The notes beneath the pieces are model-generated. The model was not told the DNA's origin, did no database searches, and worked only from the letters and a program-made list of their open reading frames with translations. From an uncultured Janthinobacterium sp. (lineage in GTDB: Bacteria > Vulcanimicrobiota > Vulcanimicrobiia > Vulcanimicrobiales > Vulcanimicrobiaceae), in contig CAZZXB010000032.1 in assembly GCA_964658025.1 (NCBI GenBank), positions 5,439 through 24,660 on the forward strand: a DNA stretch of 19,222 nt, read 5' to 3'. The translations under genes were made by a program, and so were the position numbers. Positions 1 to 8,312 of this stretch are shown here, piece by piece. The number at the start of each line of letters is the position of its first letter. Positions within the stretch are counted from its first letter, which is position 1.

Positions 1-752
1 GCGTCGGGCAAACGGGCGGCGAATCGCAATCGGACGTAATCCGCAGTCCAGGTTCCGTCGCGATCGCACAATGCGTCGCGCATCCGCGCGATCGCGTCCT
101 CCGCGACCGCCTCGCGCGCCTCGTCGTCGAGACCCGCGAACATCGGTTGCGCGAACGTTTCGAGCCAGGCGCGCATCCCGGTCGGGAGGCGCGTCGGGCG
201 CGCGACGAGCTCGGCGCGCTCGAGGACGAATCCACCGGCGCGAAGGCGCGCGCCGTAAGTGTCGGCGGTCGGGAAGTACCACGGCGAGCGCCCCGAGGGA
301 TCGACGCCGCGAGCGCGGAGCGCGGCGTCGACCGCCGAGAGGACCGTCCTCACGTTTCCGTCGCCACCGAGCTCGCCGACGAAACGACCGCCGGGCACGA
401 GCGCGCGGGCGACGCTCGCGATGACGCGATCCGGCTCGCGCATCCAATGGAGCGCCGCATTCGAAAACGCGGCATCGAACTCGCGGTCGAATGCGAGCTC
501 GTGTGCGTCGGCGATGCGCGCGTCGAGCCCGCGCGCGCGTGCGGCCGCGACGAGATCCGGCGACGCGTCGACGCCGACGACGCGGGCGCCGGCATCGACG
601 AGCGTTCGCGTGAGCACCCCGTCGCCGCAGCCGATATCGACGATGCGTTCTCCGGGCCGCGGGCCGAGCCACGCGACGATCTCGGCTCCCAAGATCGGAA
701 CGAACGCCCCATGTCGCGCGTAGCCGTCTGCGGTCCAGCGCTGCTCGTTCAT
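1..752 (-). CDS. Class I SAM-dependent methyltransferase (Methyltransf_11/25, trans-aconitate methyltransferase-like); 3' end runs off the window
   Basis: Not in the ORF track because there is no stop in the window. Manual translation from ATG 752 gives MNEQRWTADGYARHGAFVPILGAEIVAWLGPRPGERIVDIGCGDGVLT...VVGVDASPDLV...FDAAFSNAALHW...ARALVPGGRFVGELGG...DGTWTADYVRLRFAARLPD. SAM motif I (DIGCGDG), motif II (GVDAS) and FDAAFSNAALHW are present. Confidence 0.9.
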   Translation of the reverse strand, partial: MNEQRWTADGYARHGAFVPILGAEIVAWLGPRPGERIVDIGCGDGVLTRTLVDAGARVVGVDASPDLVAAARARGLDARIADAHELAFDREFDAAFSNAALHWMREPDRVIASVARALVPGGRFVGELGGDGNVRTVLSAVDAALRARGVDPSGRSPWYFPTADTYGARLRAGGFVLERAELVARPTRLPTGMRAWLETFAQPMFAGLDDEAREAVAEDAIARMRDALCDRDGTWTADYVRLRFAARLPD

Positions 753-937
753 CGGACGTATGGACGGTCGCGAAGCGCGGCGCGCGAGCGGATGGAGGCG
801 ATCATCGTGCGACGTTCGCTGCGGCGCGCTCGGCGGCATCTCGCGCGTCGCGGTCGGCAATGCGGAGCGAACGTACCGAGGCTCGATGCGTGCGAAAGTC
901 GCGAGGAGCTTGAATTCTAAGCGACTAAGCAGGCGGC

Positions 938-1267
938 ATGCACGAATCGCTTCTCGGCGAACGTATCCGCGCGTGCCGACAACGCCTCGGATGGTCGCAA
1001 AACGAGCTCGCGTCGCGAGCCGGCGTCAAACAACCGACGTTGCAGCGCATCGAAGCCGCGAAACGACAGGACCCCGGCTTCTCGATCGTCGACCGACTCG
1101 CGCGCGCGCTCGGAGTTTCGCTCGATCTGTTAGCGGGTCGAGACGGCGAGACCGCGACGTCGTCCGAACGCGTCGTCTCGGCGATCGATGCGTCGATCGC
1201 CCAACACCTGCACACGCTCGAGGAACGACTCCGACGGCTCGAGATCAGCGTGCGATGCGACGCGTAG
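938..1267 (+). CDS. XRE/Cro-C1 family helix-turn-helix transcriptional regulator
   Basis: LGERIRACRQRLGWSQNELASRAGVKQPTLQRIEAAKRQDPGFSIVDRLARALGVSLDLL is a typical HTH_3 domain. It has a C-terminal coiled-coil-like tail (LHTLEERLRRLE) and AGGCGG just upstream of the ATG. Confidence 0.9.
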   Translation: MHESLLGERIRACRQRLGWSQNELASRAGVKQPTLQRIEAAKRQDPGFSIVDRLARALGVSLDLLAGRDGETATSSERVVSAIDASIAQHLHTLEERLRRLEISVRCDA

Positions 1268-1289
1268 CCGCCGCGCGAGGCGACGTCCG

Positions 1290-2078
1290 CTAACCGTAGC
1301 GACCCGTGATGTAGTCTTCCGTCCGTTTGTCTTTGGGCCGCGTGAAGATCTCGGCCGTCGTTCCGACTTCGATCAATTCGCCGAGTAAGAAAAAGCACGT
1401 GAAGTCGGAGATGCGTGCCGCCTGTTGCATCGAGTGCGTCACGATGACGACCGTGTATTGTTTTTTGAGTTCGCCGATGAGATCTTCGATCTTCGACGTC
1501 GCGATCGGATCGAGCGCCGACGCCGGCTCGTCCATCAGGATCACTTCGGGCTCGACCGCGAGGACGCGCGCGATGCAGAGACGCTGTTGCTGTCCGCCCG
1601 AGAGATCGAGCGCGGATCGCGTGAGGCGGTCCTTCACCTCGTCCCAGAGCGCGGCGGCCCGGAGACTCTTCTCGCAGATCTCCATCAGGCGCTTACGATC
1701 GCGTTCGCCGTGGATCTTCGGCCCGTAGACGACGTTTTCGTAGATCGATTTGGGAAACGGATTCGGTCGCTGGAACACCATCCCGATCCGATGCCGCACG
1801 ACGACGGGATCGACGTCGGCCGCGTAGATGTCCTCGCCGTCGAGCAACACGGTACCCTCGACGCGCGCGCCGGGCGTGAGATCGTGCATGCGGTTGAGCG
1901 CGCGTAGGAACGTCGACTTCCCGCAACCCGAAGGGCCGATGAGCGCCATGACCTTGCGATCCGGGACGGCGAGTTTCGCCTTCTTCATCGCTTGGAACGA
2001 TCCGTAATAGATATCGAGATCGTCGATCGTCATCTTGTTTACGACGCCGACGGCGGTACGATCCTTGACTTCGAGCAT
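1290..2078 (-). CDS. pstB: Phosphate ABC transporter ATP-binding protein
   Basis: Walker [38 protein letters not shown], signature [13 protein letters not shown], Walker B ILMDEP and C-terminal [10 protein letters not shown]. Last gene of pstSCAB. Confidence 0.98.
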   Translation of the reverse strand: MLEVKDRTAVGVVNKMTIDDLDIYYGSFQAMKKAKLAVPDRKVMALIGPSGCGKSTFLRALNRMHDLTPGARVEGTVLLDGEDIYAADVDPVVVRHRIGMVFQRPNPFPKSIYENVVYGPKIHGERDRKRLMEICEKSLRAAALWDEVKDRLTRSALDLSGGQQQRLCIARVLAVEPEVILMDEPASALDPIATSKIEDLIGELKKQYTVVIVTHSMQQAARISDFTCFFLLGELIEVGTTAEIFTRPKDKRTEDYITGRYG

Positions 2079-2079
2079 C

Positions 2080-3000
2080 TCAGGCTTTCCCGGTGAGGCG
2101 TAACGTCAGTTGTCGGCCGACGACGCGCGCGAGGACGTTGAACGCGAGGACCATGACGAGGAGCACGAGCGCCGAGCCGTTCGCGATGCGATCGGCATCG
2201 GGAACGAGCGCTTCGCGGTGCGTCGACCACAGGTGCACGGCGAGCGTTTCGGCGGTATGGAACGGATTCCAATCGTAGGCGCTCCGGCCGTACGAGACGG
2301 AGGCGCCCGCGGTGTAGACGAGCGCCGCGGTCTCGCCGAAGATGCGCCCCGCGACGAGCACGACGCCCGTCGTCATCGGACCGATCGCGCTCGGGAGGAT
2401 CACGCCGAGGATCGTCTGCCAGCGCGTGGCGCCCAGACCCATCGATGCTTCGGAATACGTCGCGGGGACGCTCGCGAGCGATTGCTGCGTCACGCGCATG
2501 AGCGACGGGAGGTTCAACAGCGTCAGCGTGAGCGCGCCGCCGAGCGCGGTGAAATGCCAGTGAAACGCCTGCACGAACACGAGCAGGCCGAAGAGACCCA
2601 TGACGATCGACGGCACCGTCGCGAGCGACTCCGCGCTGAACTGCACGAGATCGCGAAAACGGCCGGGGCCTGCATATTCTTGCAAGTACGTCCCGGCGGC
2701 GAGCGCGATCGGAATCGTGAACGCGAGCGTGAGGAACAGGATGTAGAAAGAATTGAAGATCTCGGGGCCGATACCGCCGCCCGCGTCGGCCGCCGACGGC
2801 GATCCCGTCAGGAAATGCCAAGAGATCGCGCCGATGCCTCTCCAGAATACGAACCCGATGAATAAGACCAAGAGCGCGATGATCAAGAGCGCCGAACCCC
2901 AGAGGCCCGCCGTCGCGACGGCGTCGACGATGCGCCGGCCCTGCGTCGCGTCGCGACGGAGGATCTTGCGCTCGGGGACGGCGACGACGGCACCCTGCAC
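2080..3000 (-). CDS. pstA: Phosphate ABC transporter permease PstA
   Basis: [52 protein letters not shown] and TLAVHLW. Only 1-nt gaps to pstC and pstB. Confidence 0.96.
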   Translation of the reverse strand: MQGAVVAVPERKILRRDATQGRRIVDAVATAGLWGSALLIIALLVLFIGFVFWRGIGAISWHFLTGSPSAADAGGGIGPEIFNSFYILFLTLAFTIPIALAAGTYLQEYAGPGRFRDLVQFSAESLATVPSIVMGLFGLLVFVQAFHWHFTALGGALTLTLLNLPSLMRVTQQSLASVPATYSEASMGLGATRWQTILGVILPSAIGPMTTGVVLVAGRIFGETAALVYTAGASVSYGRSAYDWNPFHTAETLAVHLWSTHREALVPDADRIANGSALVLLVMVLAFNVLARVVGRQLTLRLTGKA

Positions 3001-3001
3001 G

Positions 3002-3883
3002 TCAGGCGCGCTTCCGGACGACGAAGCGGATCGCGAGGATGAGCCCCATCGAAATCAATAACAACAGGAAGGCCATCGAGAACAGCGCGTGCTGGAGCGG
3101 CGATCCGTCGGGCGCGTCGCCCATGTCCATCACGATCTCCGACGTGAGTGCGCTCGCGGGCGTCAGGAGCGACTGCGGTATGACGTTCGCGTTGCCGAGC
3201 ACGAGTTGGACCGCGAGCGTCTCGCCGATCGCGCGCGCGAAACCGAGGATCACCGCGACCGCGATCCCGCTCGCCGCGGCCGGCACGAGCACGCGCGAGA
3301 TCGTCTCCCAACGCGTCGCACCGAGCGCGGCCGATCCTTCGCGGAGCGCCGGCGGCACGACGCGCAGCGCGTCTTCCGACAGCGAGATGACCGTCGGGAG
3401 GATCATGATCGAGAGCACGATCCCGCCGGCGAGCAAGCCGTCGCCCTCGGCGTGGAAGACGTGCGAGATCGTCGGCACGAGCACGGTCAGTCCGATCCAG
3501 CCGTAGACGACCGACGGGATGCCGACGAGCACCTCGATGCCGGGCTTCATCGCCGCGGCGACGCGCGCGGGCGCGAGTTCCGCGAAGAACACGCCGACGG
3601 CGACGCCGAGCGGGCCGCCGACCACGATCGCGAACGCGGTCGCGACGAGCGAACCCGCGATGAACGGTGCCGCGCCGTACTGGTGCGCGCTGTCGTCGAA
3701 ATTCGGCGAGAACAAGAATTCGAACGGCGAGACGTGGTCGACGAGAAAGAGCTTCGTCCCGCTAACGGCGAGATAGCCGAGTACGAGCGCGATCGCGACG
3801 ACGAAAACGCCGGCGCACGCCATGAGGAACGTGCGGGCGATCCGCTCGTTCCGATGCGCTGTGCTGGCCCGTGCGCCTGACAT
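3002..3883 (-). CDS. pstC: Phosphate ABC transporter permease PstC
   Basis: EVLVGIPSVVYGWIGL, IMILPTVISLSEDALRVVP, EGSAALGATRWETI and GFARAIGETLAV. Start moved from the track's 3934 to ATG 3883, which has an AGGAGA RBS and lies downstream of the intergenic hairpin. Confidence 0.95.
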   Translation of the reverse strand: MSGARASTAHRNERIARTFLMACAGVFVVAIALVLGYLAVSGTKLFLVDHVSPFEFLFSPNFDDSAHQYGAAPFIAGSLVATAFAIVVGGPLGVAVGVFFAELAPARVAAAMKPGIEVLVGIPSVVYGWIGLTVLVPTISHVFHAEGDGLLAGGIVLSIMILPTVISLSEDALRVVPPALREGSAALGATRWETISRVLVPAAASGIAVAVILGFARAIGETLAVQLVLGNANVIPQSLLTPASALTSEIVMDMGDAPDGSPLQHALFSMAFLLLLISMGLILAIRFVVRKRA

Positions 3884-3895
3884 GCCGTCTCCTGG

Positions 3896-3938
3896 AAAAA
3901 AATCGATGCGGGAGCGCCCTCGCGACGCTCCCACCTCG
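3896..3938 (-). terminator. Intrinsic terminator-like / mRNA-stabilising hairpin between pstS and pstC
   Basis: Minus strand reads CGAGGT-GGGAGCG-(9-nt loop)-CGCTCCC-GCATCG-A-TTTTTTT: a 7-bp perfect GC-rich core, extendable to 13 bp with one G-U pair and one mismatch, followed by a U7 tract (A7 at 3896-3902). Confidence 0.7.
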
Positions 3939-3968
3939 GTGCTGCGTTACCCTGCCGGGCGGCGGCGA

Positions 3969-4790
3969 TTAGCGGTCGGTTTCGGAGACCTTCATATCGC
4001 GGACGAGGATGTATCCCGTTTTCTCCATGAGGGCGCTGTTGCTCTGGACGAACGCGAGGAAGCGCGAGATCTCGGTACTCGGCGCGCCGTTCGTGTACAT
4101 GTGCTCGTAAGACCAGAACGGATACTTCCCCGACTGCACGTTCGCTTCGTTCGCGGCCGCGCCGTCGATCGCGACTTCCGTGATCCCGGGTTTGTTGTGC
4201 GTTCCCGAGAACGACGCGTACGACACGGCGCCCGGCGTCTGGCTCACCTTTTGCACGACGGTTCCCGTCGCATCTTCCGTGAGCGTCGTCTTCGAGAGGG
4301 CCGTCGTGCCCATGAGCGTTTTCACGAAGACCGCGCGCGTCCCCGAACTCGCGGGACGGTTGATGACCGTGATCGCCTGATCTTTTCCGCCGACGTCCTT
4401 CCAATTCGTGACCGTGCCCGCGAAGATGTCCTGCACTTGCTTTTTCGTGAGACTCGTGACGCCCGAGGCCGGATTGACGACGACCGAAAATCCGACGACG
4501 GCGACCTTGTGATCGACGAGATCGGTCGCGGTCGCGGGGGCCTGGACGTCGGAGTTTCCGATGTCGACCGACTTGCTTCCGACGAGGGCGAGACCGGTTT
4601 TCGAACCGCCGCCCGTGACGCTGATCTTCACGTCGGTGTGCTGTTGCTGGTACGCCTCGGCCGCGGCCGTGACGAGCGGCTGCAGGGCCGTCGACCCGGC
4701 GGCGCTGATCTGCGTGTCGGCGAGCGCGCCGAGCGGCAGGGCGAGCGCCGTACCGAGCGTGATGGCCGCGAAAACTGCAGGCCTGAACAT
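3969..4790 (-). CDS. pstS: Phosphate ABC transporter substrate-binding protein PstS
   Basis: Start at ATG 4790 with an AGGAGG RBS. Sec signal peptide MFRPAVFAAITLGTALALPLGALA|DT. Motifs AGSTALQPL, GGGSKTG, DIGNSD, NRPASSGTR and YPFWSYEHMYT. First gene of pstSCAB. Confidence 0.96.
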   Translation of the reverse strand: MFRPAVFAAITLGTALALPLGALADTQISAAGSTALQPLVTAAAEAYQQQHTDVKISVTGGGSKTGLALVGSKSVDIGNSDVQAPATATDLVDHKVAVVGFSVVVNPASGVTSLTKKQVQDIFAGTVTNWKDVGGKDQAITVINRPASSGTRAVFVKTLMGTTALSKTTLTEDATGTVVQKVSQTPGAVSYASFSGTHNKPGITEVAIDGAAANEANVQSGKYPFWSYEHMYTNGAPSTEISRFLAFVQSNSALMEKTGYILVRDMKVSETDR

Positions 4791-4858
4791 GAGATGACCT
4801 CCTAGAGTACGTGGTGAGCGTGAGCGCGAGCGGGCGCCGTCAAAGGTGACAGTCACAC

Positions 4859-4897
4859 CATAAGACTCGCTTAACGGGGCGTTAAGGAATCCTTAAC
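4859..4897 (-). promoter_or_regulatory. Pho-box-like array 1 (four repeats, 11-bp period) upstream of pstS
   Basis: Minus strand: GTTAAG-gattc-CTTAAC-gcccc-GTTAAG-cgagt-CTTATG. TTAA cores lie at + positions 4871, 4882 and 4893, with ATAA at 4860. An 11-bp period is characteristic of PhoB/PhoP/SphR sites, and the core resembles the cyanobacterial YTTAAYY box. TTAA is rare in this GC-rich DNA. Confidence 0.8.
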
Positions 4898-5017
4898 ACC
4901 GATTTCTTCGGGCGGTCTCGCGACCGCGTCGTCGCCGAGGACGCGTGCGTCGCGAAGCGTGAGCTCGCGCCAGTGCCGTTCGAGAAAGGCGAGTAACGCG
5001 CGGTCCTCGTCGCTCAT
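4871..5017 (-). CDS. Putative 48-aa small protein upstream of pstS
   Basis: MSDEDRALLAFLERHWRELTLRDARVLGDDAVARPPEEIGVKDSLTPR*. The first 30 codons use genome-typical GC3 codons and form a plausible amphipathic helix. It is preceded by a Pho-box-like array and a CATACT -10-like hexamer. Below the ORF-track size cut-off. Confidence 0.45.
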   Translation of the reverse strand: MSDEDRALLAFLERHWRELTLRDARVLGDDAVARPPEEIGVKDSLTPR

Positions 5018-5041
5018 AGGCCTCGAGTATGACGGGCCGAC

Positions 5042-5069
5042 CTTATCGCTTCGTTATGACCGCCTTAAG
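5042..5069. promoter_or_regulatory. Pho-box-like array 2 (three repeats, 11-bp period)
   Basis: + strand CTTATC-gcttc-GTTATG-accgc-CTTAAG, with repeats starting at 5042, 5053 and 5064. Same 6+5 architecture as array 1. Orientation is ambiguous because the core is near-palindromic. Confidence 0.6.
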
Positions 5070-5195
5070 CGCGCGACGAGAACGCCCGAGCGGTCCCGGA
5101 CGCCCTCGTTTTCGGGTCGGATTCGGGGCGCGCGGCGGCGACGACGGTCGACCGTCCGGCAAGGCGCGCCGAGCCGACGTCCGAAGACGACGGGC

Positions 5196-6422
5196 GTGCG
5201 CGAACACGAACGCGGCGGAACCGAGTGCGTCGACGGTTTACGCGGCGTCGCCGTCCTCGCGGTCCTGACGTACCATACGTGGCTCTTCTCGTGGTTCACG
5301 CCCTACCTCACGCTTCACGGCGTGACGATTCCGGTCGACGTGCTGCCGCGCGTCGGCTACTTCGGCGTCGATCTGTTTTTCACGATCAGCGGGTTCTGTC
5401 TGTTCGTTCCGTACGCGCGCGCCGCGCTCGGGGGCGGGCACGTTCCCGCACTCCGACGTTACGCGCTCCGGCGCGCGCTCAAGATCGTCCCGTCGTACGC
5501 GCTCGCGCTCGTCGTCACGACCGCCGTCGCCCTCGCGAACGCGCAGGTGGTCGTGGGACCGGAGCTCGCGCGGACCCTCGTCGCGCACGCGACGTTCCTC
5601 AACGATTACTTCGTCGATCCGTTCGGCTTCACGAATTCGGTGTTCTGGAGCCTCGCCGTCGAGGTGCAGTTCTACCTGCTCTTTCCGATCCTCGCGCTCG
5701 GTTTCGTCCGTCGTCCGTTGCTCGTGGCGCTCGCGCTCGCGCTCGTCGCCGTCGCCGACCGAGCCGCCGTCGCGTCGTGTTGTCTCGGCAACGAGCCGAT
5801 CGGCCGACACGTCGTGGCCTACCTGGACTGCTTCGGCGCGGGGATGGCGGCGGCGTACCTGCTCGCGTACGTGCGCCGCGAGATGCCGCGGCTCGCGGGG
5901 CGGCGCGTCGTGTGGACGATCGCGTTCGTCGCCTGCGTCGCGTGCGCGTGGCAGATCCTCGTCGCCGCGAACGACGTGCAGTACGTCCCGGGCGGACGCG
6001 ATCGCTTCGACGTCTACGGCCGCGGCGCGCTCGCGCTGGCTTTCGGCGGACTTCTCGTCACGAGCTGTCTCGCCGGGAACGCCGTGCGCGCCGTCGTCGC
6101 GAATCCCGTCGCGCGCTTTCTCTCGCTCGTCTCCTACAATCTCTATCTCTGGCACACGCTCGTCTTGATCTGGCTCTGGAAGCACGGCGTCCCGCACGCC
6201 GCGACGCCCGATCCGCACGACGACGAGCGGTGGAAATTCGCGTACATCGCGCTCGGCTGGAGCGCGTCGTTCGTCATCGCGACGGCCGTGACGTACTTCG
6301 TCGAGCGACCGATCCTGAGCGCCGTCGCGCCGCACGGATTCGCCTTCGATTGGCGGCGGTTCACGCGTCCGCGATGCGCGCCGAGAACGACGCCGATCGT
6401 GTCGTCGGAAACTCGCACGTGA
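5196..6422 (+). CDS. Acyltransferase family 3 (OafA/YrhL-like) integral membrane O-acyltransferase, AT3 domain only
   Basis: VDGLRGVAVLAVLTYH, GYFGVDLFFTISGF, RRALKIVPSY, FWSLAVEVQFYLLFP, SYNLYLWH and TYFVERP. Start placed at GTG 5196 from domain boundaries (uncertain). The track's 4959 start crosses the regulatory region. Confidence 0.93.
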   Translation: MREHERGGTECVDGLRGVAVLAVLTYHTWLFSWFTPYLTLHGVTIPVDVLPRVGYFGVDLFFTISGFCLFVPYARAALGGGHVPALRRYALRRALKIVPSYALALVVTTAVALANAQVVVGPELARTLVAHATFLNDYFVDPFGFTNSVFWSLAVEVQFYLLFPILALGFVRRPLLVALALALVAVADRAAVASCCLGNEPIGRHVVAYLDCFGAGMAAAYLLAYVRREMPRLAGRRVVWTIAFVACVACAWQILVAANDVQYVPGGRDRFDVYGRGALALAFGGLLVTSCLAGNAVRAVVANPVARFLSLVSYNLYLWHTLVLIWLWKHGVPHAATPDPHDDERWKFAYIALGWSASFVIATAVTYFVERPILSAVAPHGFAFDWRRFTRPRCAPRTTPIVSSETRT

Positions 6423-7536
6423 ACGTCGCACCGTAGCCGAACTCCGAATCGGCCGTCACGGTCCCGCCGTGCGCCTCCACGATCTGCTTGACGATCGAGA
6501 GTCCGAGCCCCGTCCCCGCGGCTTCGCGCGCGCGCGAGCGATCGACCACGTAAAAGCGTTCGAAGACGTGCGGGAGATCGTTGTACGGAATTCCGACGCC
6601 GGTGTCGCGCACGACGAGCGTCGTCGTCCCCTCGTTGGAACGGACGTCGACCGTCACGTTCCCGTTGGCGGGGGTGTGACGGAGCGCGTTGTCGATGAGG
6701 TTCACGACCACTTGCGCGAGCCGATCGGGATCGCCGTCCATGCGCGTCAGTTCGCCCGTCATGCGCAGGCGGACGTTGAGTTGTGCGGCGCGCGGTTCGA
6801 ACGTCTTGACGATATTGTGCGAGACGCTCGCGAGATCGACGTTCTCCCGACGCAGGCGCAAGCGGCCGCCTTCGGCACGCGCGAGTTCGAGCAGATCCTC
6901 CACGAGCGTGACCATCCGATCGACTTCCTGTTTGATCCGCGGTAAGAACAGCTCGAGCGCCTCGCGATCGCCCGAATCCTCGAGGATCGTCTCGATCATG
7001 AGGTTGATCGACGAGAGCGGCGTCCGCAATTCGTGCGAGACGCTCGAGACGAACTCGCGCCGCGTCCCCTCGAGTTCGTGCAGGCGCGTCTCGTCGCTCG
7101 CGACGACGAGGACGCCGCGCGCTTCGTCGAACGGCAACGTCGCGACGGTGAGGATCCGCGCGCCGTTCGCGCGCGAGAGCGAGACGCGCCCGCGCGAGGG
7201 ATGGCCCGCGAGCGCCTCGCGGATCCGCCGATCGAGTTCGAACGACGGCACGACTTCGATGATGCTCCGGCCGAGAACGGGTCGCGAACCGATTTCGAAG
7301 ATCGCGCCCGCGGCGGCGTTGAGCGAGTCGATGTGACCGCGTCCGTCGATCGTGAGCACCCCGACCGTCAGCGAGCGCATCAACTGTTCGAAACGCGTAT
7401 CGGAGAGGGGCGTCGGCGACGGAGACGGCGCCGTCGATCCGAACGACGGCGTTTCGGGCCGGCGCGAACGAGCCCACCACAGAGCGAAAGCGATCGCGCC
7501 GCCGAGAGCCGTTCCGAACGCTACGTCGAGAAGCAT
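6361..7536 (-). CDS. phoR: PhoR-like sensor histidine kinase (N-terminal TM, PAS, HisKA, HATPase)
   Basis: H-box RREFVSSVSHELRTPL, N-box QVVVNLIDNALRH, G1 VRDTGVGIP, F-box VFERFYVVDRSRAR and G2 GTGLGLSIVKQIVEAHGG. Directly follows the response regulator and sits next to pstSCAB and ppx. Confidence 0.9.
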   Translation of the reverse strand: MLLDVAFGTALGGAIAFALWWARSRRPETPSFGSTAPSPSPTPLSDTRFEQLMRSLTVGVLTIDGRGHIDSLNAAAGAIFEIGSRPVLGRSIIEVVPSFELDRRIREALAGHPSRGRVSLSRANGARILTVATLPFDEARGVLVVASDETRLHELEGTRREFVSSVSHELRTPLSSINLMIETILEDSGDREALELFLPRIKQEVDRMVTLVEDLLELARAEGGRLRLRRENVDLASVSHNIVKTFEPRAAQLNVRLRMTGELTRMDGDPDRLAQVVVNLIDNALRHTPANGNVTVDVRSNEGTTTLVVRDTGVGIPYNDLPHVFERFYVVDRSRAREAAGTGLGLSIVKQIVEAHGGTVTADSEFGYGATFTCEFPTTRSASFSARIADA

Positions 7537-8241
7537 CTACTCTTTGAACATGTACCCGCGGCTACGCACGGTGATGATGTGCTGCGGATTGTTGGGATCG
7601 ATTTCGACCTTCTCGCGCAGCCACCGGACGTGGACGCTGATCGTCTGATGCTCGCCTTCGAAATCGTAGCCCCACACCTTGTCGAGTAACGTCTGCCGGG
7701 TGACGACGCGTCCGCGATTCTCCATGAGCACGTGGAGGAGGCTGAACTCTTTGGGCGCGAGCGAGACGTGCCGACCGCGCACGCTCAGCGACTGGCGCGA
7801 CGGATCGAGCAGGATCTCGCCGACCGCGATCGCCTCGCTCCGCGTCGGGACCTCGCTCGCGTTCTGACGACGTAAGCGCGCTTTCACGCGCGCCAAGAAT
7901 TCGTGGAGCGAGAACGGTTTGGTGACGTAATCGTCGGCACCGAGTTCGAGCGCGAGGACCTTATCGATCTCCTGATCGCGCGCGGTCAGCATGATGATCG
8001 GCACGCCGCTCTGTTTGCGGATCTCCTTGCAGGCCTCGATCCCGTCGAGGACCGGCAGCATGATGTCCATGATGATGAGATCGGGCCGCTCGCTAACGGC
8101 GAGCGCGATCGCCGTGCGGCCGTCGCCCGCGGTCGCGACGGCGTAGCCGTTACGCTCGAGATTGAAGCGCAGGGTCTGCAAGATCGCCGACTCGTCGTCG
8201 ACGATCAGGATTTTCTTCGCGTGTGGGCCGGACGCCACCAT
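7537..8241 (-). CDS. phoB: OmpR/PhoB-family response regulator (PhoB/PhoP-like)
   Basis: Start at ATG 8241 with a GGAGAGG RBS (the track's 8715 overlaps ppx). KILIVDDE, PDLIIMDIMLP (phospho-Asp), GADDYVTKPFS and a winged helix ending TISVHVRWLREKVE...IITVRSRGY. The Pho assignment rests on context. Confidence 0.88.
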   Translation of the reverse strand: MVASGPHAKKILIVDDESAILQTLRFNLERNGYAVATAGDGRTAIALAVSERPDLIIMDIMLPVLDGIEACKEIRKQSGVPIIMLTARDQEIDKVLALELGADDYVTKPFSLHEFLARVKARLRRQNASEVPTRSEAIAVGEILLDPSRQSLSVRGRHVSLAPKEFSLLHVLMENRGRVVTRQTLLDKVWGYDFEGEHQTISVHVRWLREKVEIDPNNPQHIITVRSRGYMFKE

Positions 8242-8312
8242 ATCAACCTCTCCCGTCGCGAAAGCGCGCGTCGGGCTGGCCGGAGAATACCCTAATCGGC
8301 GAACGTCCGCCT

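Noticed and set aside
4838..4843. TTGACG -35-like hexamer on the minus strand upstream of pstS
   Set aside because: The nearest -10-like hexamer (TACTCT) is 28 nt away, far beyond 16-19 nt spacing.
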